A DNA stretch of 64,000 nt from Cellvibrionales bacterium (lineage in GTDB: Bacteria > Pseudomonadota > Gammaproteobacteria > Pseudomonadales > JAHEIH01). Where the stretch lies: NCBI GenBank assembly GCA_024639455.1, contig JAHEIH010000026.1:31279-95278 (forward strand), read 5' to 3'. This document shows, one piece after another, positions 53,275 through 63,260 of this stretch; position 1 is the first letter of the stretch, and every line of letters begins with the position of its first letter. The notes below the pieces were generated by a model. It did not search any database, was not told where the DNA came from, and saw only the letters and a program-made list of their open reading frames with translations. A program made the translations under genes and the position numbers.

Positions 53275-55365
53275 TTATTTTGCTGAACGACGGCGTCTGC
53301 CGCGGACAGCATTAGTGTTAGCCGAACTTGAGCTGCGACGGTCAGCTAGACCGGGAATCGCCGCTTCAAGTTTGGGGAAGGGATCGGTGCTGTGGGGGAA
53401 TCCCATAGCGCCTACAAAATGGGCTTGGAACGAGGCTTCTGTCGCGGTTTCGATCTTTTCAATACGGCGGATCACCGGCTCGACTTCGTTGCGAGCGTGG
53501 CGATTGATCAACGCAATGCGGGCGCCTTCTCCAGCGGCATTACCGACGCCTCCGACATTGGCGAGGTCACAATCGGGGATCATTCCAAGTAGCATCGCGT
53601 ATTTGACATCGATACGGCTGCCAAAAGCACCCGCCAGTTTGATGCGCTCAACGTTTTCACTACCAAACTTATCCATCAACAAGCGTATGCCAGCATATAA
53701 AGCCGCCTTGGCCAATTGGATGGCACGCACGTCATTTTGAGTAATCTTTAAGGTGCGCGTTCCTTGGTATAACACGTAGCTGTACGTGCGACCGTCTTGA
53801 ATCACGCGCGGTGAAGGTCTGTCATCCTGCGGCTTAATCACACCATCGCGGTTGATAATGCCAGCGAGGAACATCTCACCAATAATTTCGATAATACCGG
53901 AACCACAAATACCGCTGATCTGAAGGCTTGACGATGACATTTCAAAGGTAGGGTCATTCGACCACGGGTCACAACCGATAACTTTGAAGGCCGGGTCCAG
54001 CGTCATGCGATCGATGCGCACGCGCTCAATGGCGCCCACTGCGGCGCGCTGGCCGCAGCTAATTTGTGCGCCTTCGAATGCAGGCCCGGTGGGGCTAGAC
54101 GCCGCCAGCATACGATTGCGATTGCCCAACACGATTTCGGCATTGGTACCCACGTCGACAATCAAGGTCAACTCATCTGACTGGTCTGGGCGCTCTGACA
54201 ACACCACGCCCGCAGCGTCAGCACCAATGTGACCAGCCAAGCAAGGCAGTAAGAAAATACGCGCTGCATCGTGCAGCGGAATATCGAGTTCCGCAGCGCT
54301 GACTTCCATCGCTTGATCAACCGCCAAGTTAAACGGTGCACCACCCAATGGCACAGGGTCAAGGCCTAGCAGAATGTGGTGCATGATGGGGTTACAAACG
54401 ATCACCACATCCATCACGTCGCTAGCTTTCAACCACGCCTGCGTCGCCGCTTCTTTGATCAAATCGGCAATGCGCTGACGGACAACTTTGCTCATTTCCT
54501 CGGCGCCGCCCTCATTCATCATCGCGTAGGACACGCGACTCATGAGGTCTTCACCAAATTTAATTTGTGGATTCATCGCCGAGGCTGAGGCAAGCACCTT
54601 ACCATCGCTCAGGTCTGCCAAGTGAGCGACGATACTGGTAGAACCCAAATCGATAGCACACCCATAAGCCTTAGCTTCGTGGCCGGGCCAAATGGCAACG
54701 ATTTGCGGAGGCTTGCGCACTGAGTTGAAGATCGCCACGCTGACTTTCATCGACGTGTCCGGCGTTTTCTTCATATGCTCGGTAACCATAGCTTGCAGAT
54801 GTCTCACCATGGACAGTTCATACCACAACCCAGTGAGATCATTATTAGACTGCAAATCTGTCACCAAGCGGCTCATATCTGCGTGGGGGACATCCATAAT
54901 GGGCGCTGGTATATAGGCGGTAAAAACCGACACTGCGGGTGCCAAGTCAATATCGCGATCTTCAATCGCCTTAGCAATATCCTGTTCATGCGACTGGCTA
55001 CTGGCGGGAATTTCGATCACAACATCGTTCATGATCTTAGCGGTACAACCCAAGCGAGCACCGAGTTGTCGCTCGTCCCCTACACGCCCCGCTTCCACTT
55101 CTTTAAATTCTGACAAACTGTCATGGGTCGAATTCACCCCATATTTGGGGAAGTCGCCCACTACGTGGTAGACCTTGCACGTGCCGCAAATACCTTGGCC
55201 ACCGCAGACTGACTCTACGTCAACACCCAAGCGACGAGCTGCCCGTAAAACGGGCATACCCTCAGGTACCTCGCCTCGGATACCCGAGGGGGTAAAAATC
55301 ACTTTGACGTTTTTCAGGTTCTTCGCACGGCGAGACCTGCGTGAGACCAAGGTTGATTCGCTCAT
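53275..55365 (-). CDS. Reductive activator of corrinoid proteins (RACE/RamA-like; N-terminal 2Fe-2S + ASKHA ATPase)
   Basis: CGGQGICGTC..RLGC, DLGSTS, NPQIKFGEDLMSR, DVGTNAE, GPAFEG, GICGSG, LAGAFG, GNAA. Confidence 0.9.
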   Translation of the reverse strand: MSESTLVSRRSRRAKNLKNVKVIFTPSGIRGEVPEGMPVLRAARRLGVDVESVCGGQGICGTCKVYHVVGDFPKYGVNSTHDSLSEFKEVEAGRVGDERQLGARLGCTAKIMNDVVIEIPASSQSHEQDIAKAIEDRDIDLAPAVSVFTAYIPAPIMDVPHADMSRLVTDLQSNNDLTGLWYELSMVRHLQAMVTEHMKKTPDTSMKVSVAIFNSVRKPPQIVAIWPGHEAKAYGCAIDLGSTSIVAHLADLSDGKVLASASAMNPQIKFGEDLMSRVSYAMMNEGGAEEMSKVVRQRIADLIKEAATQAWLKASDVMDVVIVCNPIMHHILLGLDPVPLGGAPFNLAVDQAMEVSAAELDIPLHDAARIFLLPCLAGHIGADAAGVVLSERPDQSDELTLIVDVGTNAEIVLGNRNRMLAASSPTGPAFEGAQISCGQRAAVGAIERVRIDRMTLDPAFKVIGCDPWSNDPTFEMSSSSLQISGICGSGIIEIIGEMFLAGIINRDGVIKPQDDRPSPRVIQDGRTYSYVLYQGTRTLKITQNDVRAIQLAKAALYAGIRLLMDKFGSENVERIKLAGAFGSRIDVKYAMLLGMIPDCDLANVGGVGNAAGEGARIALINRHARNEVEPVIRRIEKIETATEASFQAHFVGAMGFPHSTDPFPKLEAAIPGLADRRSSSSANTNAVRGRRRRSAK

Positions 55366-55372
55366 AGTGAAC

Positions 55373-57886
55373 TTATGCTCTCAGTTTCGCGTTTTGGGCA
55401 TCGTAAGGTGATTCTTCAATCACGGTCGCCTGGTAGAGTTCGCCCAGGATTTCGATCTGCAATGCGGTGCCAATGGCAGCATATTCTGGCGCCACCAAAC
55501 CCAGTGCCAGTGACTTTTCAACACGCCACCCGTAACCACCCGAGGTGGCCCGGCCAACCAGTTCGCCGTCTTTGTAGATCGCTTCTGAACCGCGCGCATC
55601 CGCGTCGGTTACACCATGGACTTCTAGGGTAACGAAAGCATTTTTGAAGCCGCGCTCCTGCCACGCTTTCAGGCCTTCTTTTCCGATGAAGTCGCACTCC
55701 TTGTCGAGGCGAACGAATCGGTCAAGACCCGACTCGAGCGCTGAGTACTCGATCGACATTTCGCGAGGAATCAAACGGTAAGATTTTTCTAGGCGCATAC
55801 AATCCATGGCGCGGATACCGAAGGGTTTGATATCAAACTCTGCACCGGCCTTCATCAGCTCATCAAAGATGTAGTTTTGCATCTCCATGGGGTGGTGCAA
55901 TTCCCAGCCCAATTCGCCGACAAAGTTTACGCGTAACGCGTGTGCTTGGGCGTAGCCAACGTTGATGAACTTGCCGCTCAACCATGGGAAATTGGGGTTG
56001 CTCAAATCAGTGTCGGTAATCTTCTGCAGCACGTCGCGCGCCTTGGGACCCGCCAGCACCAGCACGCCCATCTGCGTGGTGATCAACTGTAGGTCTACGC
56101 TGCCATCGGTGGGCTTAAGCTTGTGCAGGTAATCAAAATCATGGGTTTCGAAAGCGCCAGCAGATACTAAGTAATATTTATTGGCAGCCATCTTGTAGAC
56201 AGTGAATTCAGCACGCACACCGCCAGAGTTAGTCAGCATATGACACAGACCTACGCGACCCACTTTCTTAGGAATAGTGTTCGCCAAAATAGATTCCAAC
56301 CACGCTTCAGCACCGGGGCCGGTAACCATGGTTTTGGCAAAGGCCGACATATCTAACAGACCAACTTTCTCGGCTACGTGCTTACACTCGTTGCCGACAA
56401 ACTCGAAGTAGTTAGAGCGACGGAAAGAGTTTTTCTCGACGATACGGCCATCTTCTAGCGGCGCGGAGTGGTTCTTTTTCCACAATACATCCGCCATGTT
56501 GAGATCTTCTTCGCTCAACGAGTAATCTTTGGGGGCAAACCAGTTGGGGCGCTCCCAACCATATACCGAACCAAAGACGGCACCGAGCTCTTTCATGCGG
56601 TCGTAGCATGGGGTAGTTCTCAGAGGACGCGCAGATGAACGCTCTTCATCGGGATAGTGCGTGGTAAATACGTTGCGGTAGGCTTCTTCGTTCTTGTCGC
56701 GCAGGTAGCCACGTGATGCATACGGGCCAAAGCGACGTGGATCCACGCCCATCATGTCAACGGTAGGCTCACCATCTACAATCCACTCGGCCAACTGCCA
56801 ACCGGCACCACCGGCAGCGGTGATGCCAAAGCTGTGGCCTTCATTCAACCAGAAGTTTTTCAGACCTGGCGCGGGACCAACGATGGGGTTACCATCCGGG
56901 GTGTAAGCGATCGCACCGTTGTATACGTACTTCACACCCACATCACCAAAGGCAGGCACGCGCTCCATACATTTTTCGATGTGCGGCATCAAGCGGTCGA
57001 GTTCTTCGTTGAACAGCTCCCATTCGCAATGTTCACCGGGGCCATCGACATAACATACCGGCGCACCTTGCTCGTAGGGACCTAACAGAAGACCACCCGC
57101 CTCTTCGCGCAGGTAGTAACCAGAATCTGATTCACGCAGCACGCCCATCTCGGGCTCACCGCGCGCTTGACGCGCTTTAATTTCGGGGTGTGGCTCAGTC
57201 ACGATAAACTGGTGCTCTACGGGAATCACAGGCACATCAAGGCCAACCATTTCACCCGTCTTGCGTGCAAAGCTACCGGTACATGACACCACGTGTTCAC
57301 ACACGATATCGCCCTTGTCGGTGCATACCTTCCACATACCATCAGCTTGCTGCTCAATGCTCAACACCGTGGTGAAGCGGTGGATTTTTGCACCCATATT
57401 GCGGGCACCCGTGGCCAATGCCTGGGTCAGATCCGCCGGTTGAATGTAGCCATCTTCAGGGTGCTGGATCGCACCAAGCAAGCCTTCGGTTTCGCACAGC
57501 GGCCAAATTTCTTTCACTTGCTCTGGTGTCAAGAAATTAACATCAACGCCCACAGTTTTGGCCACGCCGCTGTAATACTTGTACTCGTCCATGCGGTATT
57601 CGCAGTTGGCTAAGCGGATGTTACTCACCTTGCTCAAGCCAACGTTCTTACCGGTTTCTTTCTCGAGTTCTTGGTAGAAGTCCACAGAATACTGGTGCAA
57701 CTTGCCTACCGAGTAGCTCATGTTAAACAGGGGCAGCAATCCGGCGGCGTGCCAAGTAGAGCCAGAAGTCAGCTCTTTACGCTCGATCAGAACGCAATCT
57801 GACCAACCTTTTTTAGCTAAGTGATAAAGGGTACCTACACCCACTACACCACCACCAATCACGACTACGCGAGCTGTTGATTCCAC
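55373..57886 (-). CDS. Dimethylglycine dehydrogenase-like flavoprotein (DAO + GcvT domains)
   Basis: IGGGVVG, LTSGSTWHAAG, YTPDGNP, GWERPNWF, GELGWELH, RLEKSY; GTG start at 57886 after AGGAG. Confidence 0.88.
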   Translation of the reverse strand: MESTARVVVIGGGVVGVGTLYHLAKKGWSDCVLIERKELTSGSTWHAAGLLPLFNMSYSVGKLHQYSVDFYQELEKETGKNVGLSKVSNIRLANCEYRMDEYKYYSGVAKTVGVDVNFLTPEQVKEIWPLCETEGLLGAIQHPEDGYIQPADLTQALATGARNMGAKIHRFTTVLSIEQQADGMWKVCTDKGDIVCEHVVSCTGSFARKTGEMVGLDVPVIPVEHQFIVTEPHPEIKARQARGEPEMGVLRESDSGYYLREEAGGLLLGPYEQGAPVCYVDGPGEHCEWELFNEELDRLMPHIEKCMERVPAFGDVGVKYVYNGAIAYTPDGNPIVGPAPGLKNFWLNEGHSFGITAAGGAGWQLAEWIVDGEPTVDMMGVDPRRFGPYASRGYLRDKNEEAYRNVFTTHYPDEERSSARPLRTTPCYDRMKELGAVFGSVYGWERPNWFAPKDYSLSEEDLNMADVLWKKNHSAPLEDGRIVEKNSFRRSNYFEFVGNECKHVAEKVGLLDMSAFAKTMVTGPGAEAWLESILANTIPKKVGRVGLCHMLTNSGGVRAEFTVYKMAANKYYLVSAGAFETHDFDYLHKLKPTDGSVDLQLITTQMGVLVLAGPKARDVLQKITDTDLSNPNFPWLSGKFINVGYAQAHALRVNFVGELGWELHHPMEMQNYIFDELMKAGAEFDIKPFGIRAMDCMRLEKSYRLIPREMSIEYSALESGLDRFVRLDKECDFIGKEGLKAWQERGFKNAFVTLEVHGVTDADARGSEAIYKDGELVGRATSGGYGWRVEKSLALGLVAPEYAAIGTALQIEILGELYQATVIEESPYDAQNAKLRA

Positions 57887-57990
57887 AATGACACTCCTAA
57901 TATGAATTCGAATTATGGGCGCACAAATACGCCTAATTATCATTTTGGCAAGAGTCTACCGATGCAGCTCAAACGCGTACTATGTTAATT

Positions 57991-58068
57991 GCGACAGGCA
58001 AGTACTCATTTACGACAGCGGCTATTTCCCTATTTTTTTTATGGCGCGTTGAGACAACTGTATGTCGC
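57991..58068. promoter_or_regulatory. Two oppositely oriented GbdR-like boxes (TGTCGY-N15-TGTCGC) in the divergent promoter
   Basis: GCGACA (57991) / ACGACA (58012) facing the dehydrogenase; TGGCGC (58042) / TGTCGC (58063) facing mtgB; 21-bp period. Confidence 0.6.
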
Positions 58069-58151
58069 GAAGGAAAAGGGTGCGCGAGGAAAGTCCATGC
58101 AATATAACAGCGATAAAAAGTCTAACCCTATCTATCGTTGAGAACTGAATT

Positions 58152-59720
58152 ATGACTGATGCAGCAACCAATGTACGTCGCGGTGGTCGCCGCGCCGGTG
58201 GACGAGCCGATCGCAGAGCAGCAGCCGGTGAAGCAGTAATCGCTCCCGCTTATTTGACGCGTAAAATCCCTACTTTCAGCATTCTAAACGAGGAAGGCCT
58301 AGCCCAGATCGAACACAATGCCGATACCATCTTGGAAGAAATTGGTATTGAGTTCCGCGACGACCCTGAGTCACTGGACATACTAAAAAACGCCGGCTGT
58401 GACGTAGTTGGTGAACGGGTTAAATTTCCCCGTGGCATGTGCCGCCAGATCATTCAAGCATCGGCACCGCGCGAATACACCCAACATGCACGCAACCCAG
58501 CGCGCAGTGTAAAAATCGGTGGCGACAACACCGTTTTCGTACCCGCTTACGGCTCACCTTTCGTTTACGACATCGAGCAAGGCCGTCGTTACGCCACCAT
58601 TAAAGACTTCGAAAACTTTGTAAAACTGGCCTATATGTCTCCCGGCCTTCACCACTCGGGCGGCACCGTGTGCGAACCCGTTGACTTGCCGGTTAACAAG
58701 CGTCACTTTGACATGCTTTACAGCCACATGAAGTATTCAGACAAAGCGTTTATGGGCTCGGTTACAGCACCCTCTCGCGCACAAGACTCGGTCGACATGT
58801 GTAAGATTTTGTTTGGTGATGATTACTTGGATCCTGCCACTGGCAAGCCCAAGACCTTCATGACTAGCCTGATCAACGCTAACTCGCCTATGACTTTCGA
58901 CGACACCATGCTCGGCGCCGCCAAGGTATTCGCGCGCACCAACCAAGCCTGTATCATCACCCCCTTCATTTTGGCCGGCGCCATGTCACCGGTGACCGTA
59001 GCCGGCACAGCGGCGCAATCATTGGCCGAAGCCATGGCTGGAATGACTTTGGTGCAGCTGGTCAACCCCGGTGCTCCTGTCATTATGGGCAGCTTCGCCA
59101 GTTCGATTTCTATGCAGTCTGGCGCCCCCACTTTCGGTACCCCCGAGCCCGCCATGGTACTTTACGTAATGGCTGAACTAGCACGCCGCCTGGGCGTACC
59201 TTTCCGCTCTGGCGGTAGCCTGTGTGGCTCTAAACTACCCGACGCACAAGCCGCTAGCGAAGCCGCCAATACCTTAATTCCCACCACGTTAGCTGGTGTG
59301 AACTTTGTACTTCACACCGCTGGTTGGTTAGAGGGTGGTCTGGCAATGGGTTACGAGAAATTCATCATGGATGCTGACCAAGCAGCGATGATGGCTGTGC
59401 AATTGGCCGGTGTCGATATATCTGAAAACGGCCAAGCAATGGACGCCATTCGCGAAGTGGGTCCAGGTAGCCACTTCTTAGGTTGCGCCCATACTCAAGC
59501 CAACTTTAAAACAGCCTTCTACCGCTCAGCCATTACTGACAACAATAGCTATGAACAATGGGCATCAGAAGGCAGCAAAGATATGGCGACTCGATCCTAC
59601 GAGCGCTGGAATAGCATGTTAAATTCTTACGAAGCACCCGCGCTTGACGAAGCCACCGATGAGGCTCTGCTGGACTTTATCAGTCGTCGCAAATCGGAAA
59701 TGCCCGACGCAACCCATTAA
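58152..59720 (+). CDS. mtgB: Non-pyrrolysine MttB-family methyltransferase, probable glycine betaine:corrinoid methyltransferase (MtgB-like)
   Basis: PAYGSPFV, HHSGGTVCEPVD, SDKAFMGSVT, INANSP, SGAPTFGTPE, PFRSGGSLCGSKLPDAQA, HTAGWLEGGL, VGPGSHFLG. Confidence 0.85.
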   Translation: MTDAATNVRRGGRRAGGRADRRAAAGEAVIAPAYLTRKIPTFSILNEEGLAQIEHNADTILEEIGIEFRDDPESLDILKNAGCDVVGERVKFPRGMCRQIIQASAPREYTQHARNPARSVKIGGDNTVFVPAYGSPFVYDIEQGRRYATIKDFENFVKLAYMSPGLHHSGGTVCEPVDLPVNKRHFDMLYSHMKYSDKAFMGSVTAPSRAQDSVDMCKILFGDDYLDPATGKPKTFMTSLINANSPMTFDDTMLGAAKVFARTNQACIITPFILAGAMSPVTVAGTAAQSLAEAMAGMTLVQLVNPGAPVIMGSFASSISMQSGAPTFGTPEPAMVLYVMAELARRLGVPFRSGGSLCGSKLPDAQAASEAANTLIPTTLAGVNFVLHTAGWLEGGLAMGYEKFIMDADQAAMMAVQLAGVDISENGQAMDAIREVGPGSHFLGCAHTQANFKTAFYRSAITDNNSYEQWASEGSKDMATRSYERWNSMLNSYEAPALDEATDEALLDFISRRKSEMPDATH

Positions 59721-59735
59721 TAAATCTCTTTCATG

Positions 59736-59760
59736 AAACGGCCTAACGGCCGTTTTTTTT
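59736..59760 (+). terminator. Rho-independent terminator after mtgB
   Basis: AAACGGCC taac GGCCGTTT TTTTT. Confidence 0.85.
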
Positions 59761-59850
59761 CGCATTTTCAAAGACCTGTTACAAAACATAAGATTGACCA
59801 AATAATATTATTGGTTTAAAACGCAACTATATTTTGAAGCGTCGATTCAT

Positions 59851-60825
59851 ATGCTTAACATAAAAACTGAAACCATTAAGATAGGTTTTTTATTGCTCGA
59901 TGAGTTCACTATGATGGCATTTACCGCCGCCATTGAACCATTGCGTATGGCTAACCGCCTACTGGAACGTGATCAATACACGTGGGACCTTATCACCCAG
60001 AACGGTGAATTATGCCGAGCCAGCAACGGCATCGCTGTTCAAGCCGATCACGGCTTGGTGAATATGCCTGCGCTAGACTACTTGTTTGTTTGCGGTGGCA
60101 TTAATGTGCAAGACAAGTACAACGCCAACCTCGCTAGCACACTGACTAAAATCGCCAAATCCAAAACTATTTTGGGCGGCGTTTGCACAGGCAGTTACAT
60201 CCTGGCAAAAACGGGTTTGTTAAACGGTTATCGCGCCGCCATCCACTGGGAAAACCTCGCCAGTACCCGTGAAGAATTTCCCTCCATCAATGTGGTAGAA
60301 GATATCTTTGTCTTCGACAAAAACCGCTACACCAGCGCCGGCGGTGTGGCAGCGATGGACATGATGCTGCACGTGATCAGCATGACCATGGGAAACACCC
60401 TGGCTACCAATATTTCAGAACAGTTTTTGTTGTCGCGCATCCGTGACCGCGAGGACCAGCAGCGCACCCCGCTACACATAAAACTCGGCCCTAACCAACC
60501 TAAATTGACCGAAGCTGTGTCGCTAATGGAAGCCAACATTGAAGAACCCATTGGGCTAGAAGAATTATCGTCGCTAGTGGGTATATCTAGACGCCAACTG
60601 GAACGCCTGTTTCAAAAGTACTTGCACTGCGTACCAACTCGATACTATATGGAATTGCGCCTGAAGCGGGCACGTTTGCTACTGCTGCAGACCGACAAAC
60701 CGGTGATCGACATCGCGCTAGCTTGTGGCTTCATTTCTGCCACCCATTTCAGCAAATGCTATCGCGATTTTTATAGTATTCCACCCAGCGGAGCTAGACG
60801 CCAAAAATTAAAGGCCTTGCACTAA
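59851..60825 (+). CDS. gbdR: GlxA/GbdR-family AraC regulator (DJ-1/PfpI + AraC)
   Basis: AIEPLRMANR, GGVCTGSY, IHWEN, QPKLTEAVSLMEANIEEP, SRRQLERLF, ACGF..ATHFSKCYR; located in a betaine cluster. Confidence 0.8.
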   Translation: MLNIKTETIKIGFLLLDEFTMMAFTAAIEPLRMANRLLERDQYTWDLITQNGELCRASNGIAVQADHGLVNMPALDYLFVCGGINVQDKYNANLASTLTKIAKSKTILGGVCTGSYILAKTGLLNGYRAAIHWENLASTREEFPSINVVEDIFVFDKNRYTSAGGVAAMDMMLHVISMTMGNTLATNISEQFLLSRIRDREDQQRTPLHIKLGPNQPKLTEAVSLMEANIEEPIGLEELSSLVGISRRQLERLFQKYLHCVPTRYYMELRLKRARLLLLQTDKPVIDIALACGFISATHFSKCYRDFYSIPPSGARRQKLKALH

Positions 60826-60847
60826 GCTAGTAGCGCAAGGCCTTTAT
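60809..60847. terminator. Bidirectional hairpin between the convergent regulator and methyltransferase genes
   Basis: TAAAGGCCTTGC...GCAAGGCCTTTA inverted repeat overlapping the regulator stop. Confidence 0.65.
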
Positions 60848-60870
60848 GTAGAGCTCAATTCAATCGCGAA

Positions 60871-61776
60871 TTAGCTACTGCGACGACGTCCGCTAGTTCG
60901 ACGGCCACGTGCACCAGCCTCACCTGCAGCAGGCGCCTCACGGAAACGCTTGATCCAATTAACGCAATCGGGGTCGCGCCCCATCATCACGTCCGCACCT
61001 AACGTGGCGCTGATAATTTCCTTGTGCATGGGGTTGGCAATCGCCGACGTCATACCCGCGTGAATCGCCATACTTAAGAAAGCACCATTCACACCGTCGC
61101 GGTTGGGTAGACCAAAGCTGATATTTGAGGCACCACAAGTGGTGTTTACTTTCAATTCGGTACGTAAACGGTGGATCAATTTCATCGCTTGCAAGCCAGC
61201 GGTATTAATAGCACCCACAGGCATCACCAGCGGATCAACCACGACATCACACGCGGGAATACCGTAGTCAGCGGCGCGGTTAACGATCTTTTTCGCTACT
61301 TCGAAACGCACATTGGGGTCTTCAGAAATACCTGTTTCGTCGTTCGAAATCGCTACCACAGCAGCGCCGTATTTCTTAACCAGCGGCAGTACTCGCTCCA
61401 TTTGCTCATCTTCGCCGGTCACTGAGTTCACCAGCGCTTTGCCTTTGTAAACCGCCAAGCCAGCGGCTAGCGCCTCGACAATCGATGAGTCGATAGCCAG
61501 CGGGGTATCGGTCAGCGACTGCACTAACTGAATGGTTTCAGCCAAAATCTTGGGCTCGTCGGCCAGAGGAATACCAGCGTTGACGTCTAACATGTGCGCA
61601 CCCGCTTCAACCTGTGCTAAAGCGTCAGCTTTCACTCGGCTGTAATCGCCATTCTTCATCTCTTCTGCGAGAAGTTTACGGCCGGTGGGATTGATGCGCT
61701 CACCAATAATTACGAAGGGGCGCTCGAAGCCCATCACGACTTCTTTGGTAGCTGAACTTAAAATTGTGTCAGTCAT
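60871..61776 (-). CDS. Methyltetrahydrofolate:corrinoid methyltransferase (pterin-binding; MtgD/MetH-domain-like)
   Basis: IIGERINPTGRK, LDVNAG, IDSS, VNSVTGE, VDPLVMP, GASNISFGLPNR. Confidence 0.9.
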   Translation of the reverse strand: MTDTILSSATKEVVMGFERPFVIIGERINPTGRKLLAEEMKNGDYSRVKADALAQVEAGAHMLDVNAGIPLADEPKILAETIQLVQSLTDTPLAIDSSIVEALAAGLAVYKGKALVNSVTGEDEQMERVLPLVKKYGAAVVAISNDETGISEDPNVRFEVAKKIVNRAADYGIPACDVVVDPLVMPVGAINTAGLQAMKLIHRLRTELKVNTTCGASNISFGLPNRDGVNGAFLSMAIHAGMTSAIANPMHKEIISATLGADVMMGRDPDCVNWIKRFREAPAAGEAGARGRRTSGRRRSS

Positions 61777-61806
61777 TGTTATAGTGTCTCCATCAGAAGA
61801 AAGTCA

Positions 61807-62427
61807 TTAACGATGCGCCGCGTCGACAAAACGCACGATCGATGTCGCCATGTCGCCGATACCGGTAAAGCGGTACTCGTACGACAAACCTAACTCTTCA
61901 GCCGCTGCCTGTGCCGCCTGCTGTAGCTCACAATCTTCCGTCTGAGCTAAATAGACGAGCTTTTTGTAGTGACCAAAAAACATCGGTTTTAGGGCGGGCT
62001 TTTTATCCAGCCCGAGCCCTCTAATCACCAGGCGATCGAAATGCCGCGCCAGGAAATCCGTTAAATAAAAGGTGCCAAGTTCGTCTTCATGCATCGCATT
62101 GAAGGACTCATCACCGGCAAAAAATTGGTAGCAGTGGGCGCCGGGGATGCGATCGACATCTTCCTCGGCTAGCAACCGGTCCAACATGCCACCTGTACCA
62201 CAGTCGCCATAGGCGACAAAAACCTCAGCGCCACGCGCTTTTGCTCGATCAATACTTTCGCTAACCGCGTCAGTAATGAGATCGGGGCGGTTGTGCAACT
62301 CCGCGGTGATAGCGTCGACACTGACGTGCGACCAATGGTTGAGCTTTTTCAACGCGTTGATTTCTTTCAACAGCGCCGAACAAGCCACAATGACTATCTC
62401 AGCGGGTGGCGCGGCATCCGCCCCCAT
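61807..62427 (-). CDS. DUF1638 family protein
   Basis: IVACSAL, LHNRPDLI, YGDCGTGG, GAHCY, TFYLTDFL, HYKKLVYLAQ. Confidence 0.8.
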   Translation of the reverse strand: MGADAAPPAEIVIVACSALLKEINALKKLNHWSHVSVDAITAELHNRPDLITDAVSESIDRAKARGAEVFVAYGDCGTGGMLDRLLAEEDVDRIPGAHCYQFFAGDESFNAMHEDELGTFYLTDFLARHFDRLVIRGLGLDKKPALKPMFFGHYKKLVYLAQTEDCELQQAAQAAAEELGLSYEYRFTGIGDMATSIVRFVDAAHR

Positions 62428-62435
62428 GACTGGTC

Positions 62436-63143
62436 CTAAGCCGCGCGACGCGTGGCGATCAGGTCTTTCGCCATATCGACAGCAACACCAGCGTCGCGGC
62501 AGTAAGCATCGGCGCCAACGGCCATACCAAACTCTTCGTTCAGAGGCGCACCACCCACCATGACGATGTAGTCATCGCGAACGCCTTTCTCAACCATAGT
62601 GTCGATAACGACCTTCATGTACGGCATAGTAGTGGTCAGCAACGCTGACATGCCGAGGATGTCGGGCTTGTGCTCTTCAAGTGCATCAAGGTATTGCTCG
62701 ACAGGTACGTTGATGCCGATATCGATAACTTCGAAGCCAGCACCTTCCATCATCATTGACACCAAGTTTTTACCGATGTCGTGGATGTCGCCTTTAACCG
62801 TGCCGATAACCATTTTTCCGATCGACTCAGCGCCAGTTTCGGTCAAGATGGGACGCAAAATTGCCATACCCGCTTTCATGGCGTTAGCCGCACACAGTAC
62901 TTCGGGCACGAACAGAATGCCGTCGCGGAAGTCGACGCCCACGATAGCCATGCCAGCAACCAGTGCGTCAGACAACACCTTGTCAGCTCCCCAACCGCGA
63001 TCTAACAGAATCTGAGTGCCTTCAGCAATTTCATCTTCAAGACCGTTATAGAGATCGTCGAACATCTGCTCAACCAGCTCTTCATCGTTGAGTTCGTTGA
63101 GGTCGAGGAAATCATCATCGTAATTATCGTCTTGGCCTGTCAT
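62436..63143 (-). CDS. Cobalamin (corrinoid)-binding methyl-carrier protein (MtgC-like)
   Basis: FVPEVL, GTVKGDIHDIGKNLV (DxHxxG), MSALLTTT, VGGAP; start MTGQDD after GGAGG. Confidence 0.92.
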   Translation of the reverse strand: MTGQDDNYDDDFLDLNELNDEELVEQMFDDLYNGLEDEIAEGTQILLDRGWGADKVLSDALVAGMAIVGVDFRDGILFVPEVLCAANAMKAGMAILRPILTETGAESIGKMVIGTVKGDIHDIGKNLVSMMMEGAGFEVIDIGINVPVEQYLDALEEHKPDILGMSALLTTTMPYMKVVIDTMVEKGVRDDYIVMVGGAPLNEEFGMAVGADAYCRDAGVAVDMAKDLIATRRAA

Positions 63144-63233
63144 GGAAAATCCTCCGGTAAAATCAAGCACACATGCCACGCATGTTACAGCGTGCAGAAT
63201 ATTGGCGAACGGGATTTGCCATCCCTCGCTTTT

Positions 63234-63260
63234 GCGACACTGCACTATCGAAATGCGACA
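63234..63260 (-). promoter_or_regulatory. GbdR-like box upstream of the corrinoid-protein operon
   Basis: GCGACA at 63234 and 63255 = TGTCGC-N15-TGTCGC on the minus strand. Confidence 0.65.

Noticed and set aside
49899-59720. Pyrrolysine recoding or Tat export of the MttB-family proteins
   Set aside because: Both ORFs lack an in-frame TAG and no pyl genes are present; the RR-rich N-termini have no following hydrophobic helix.
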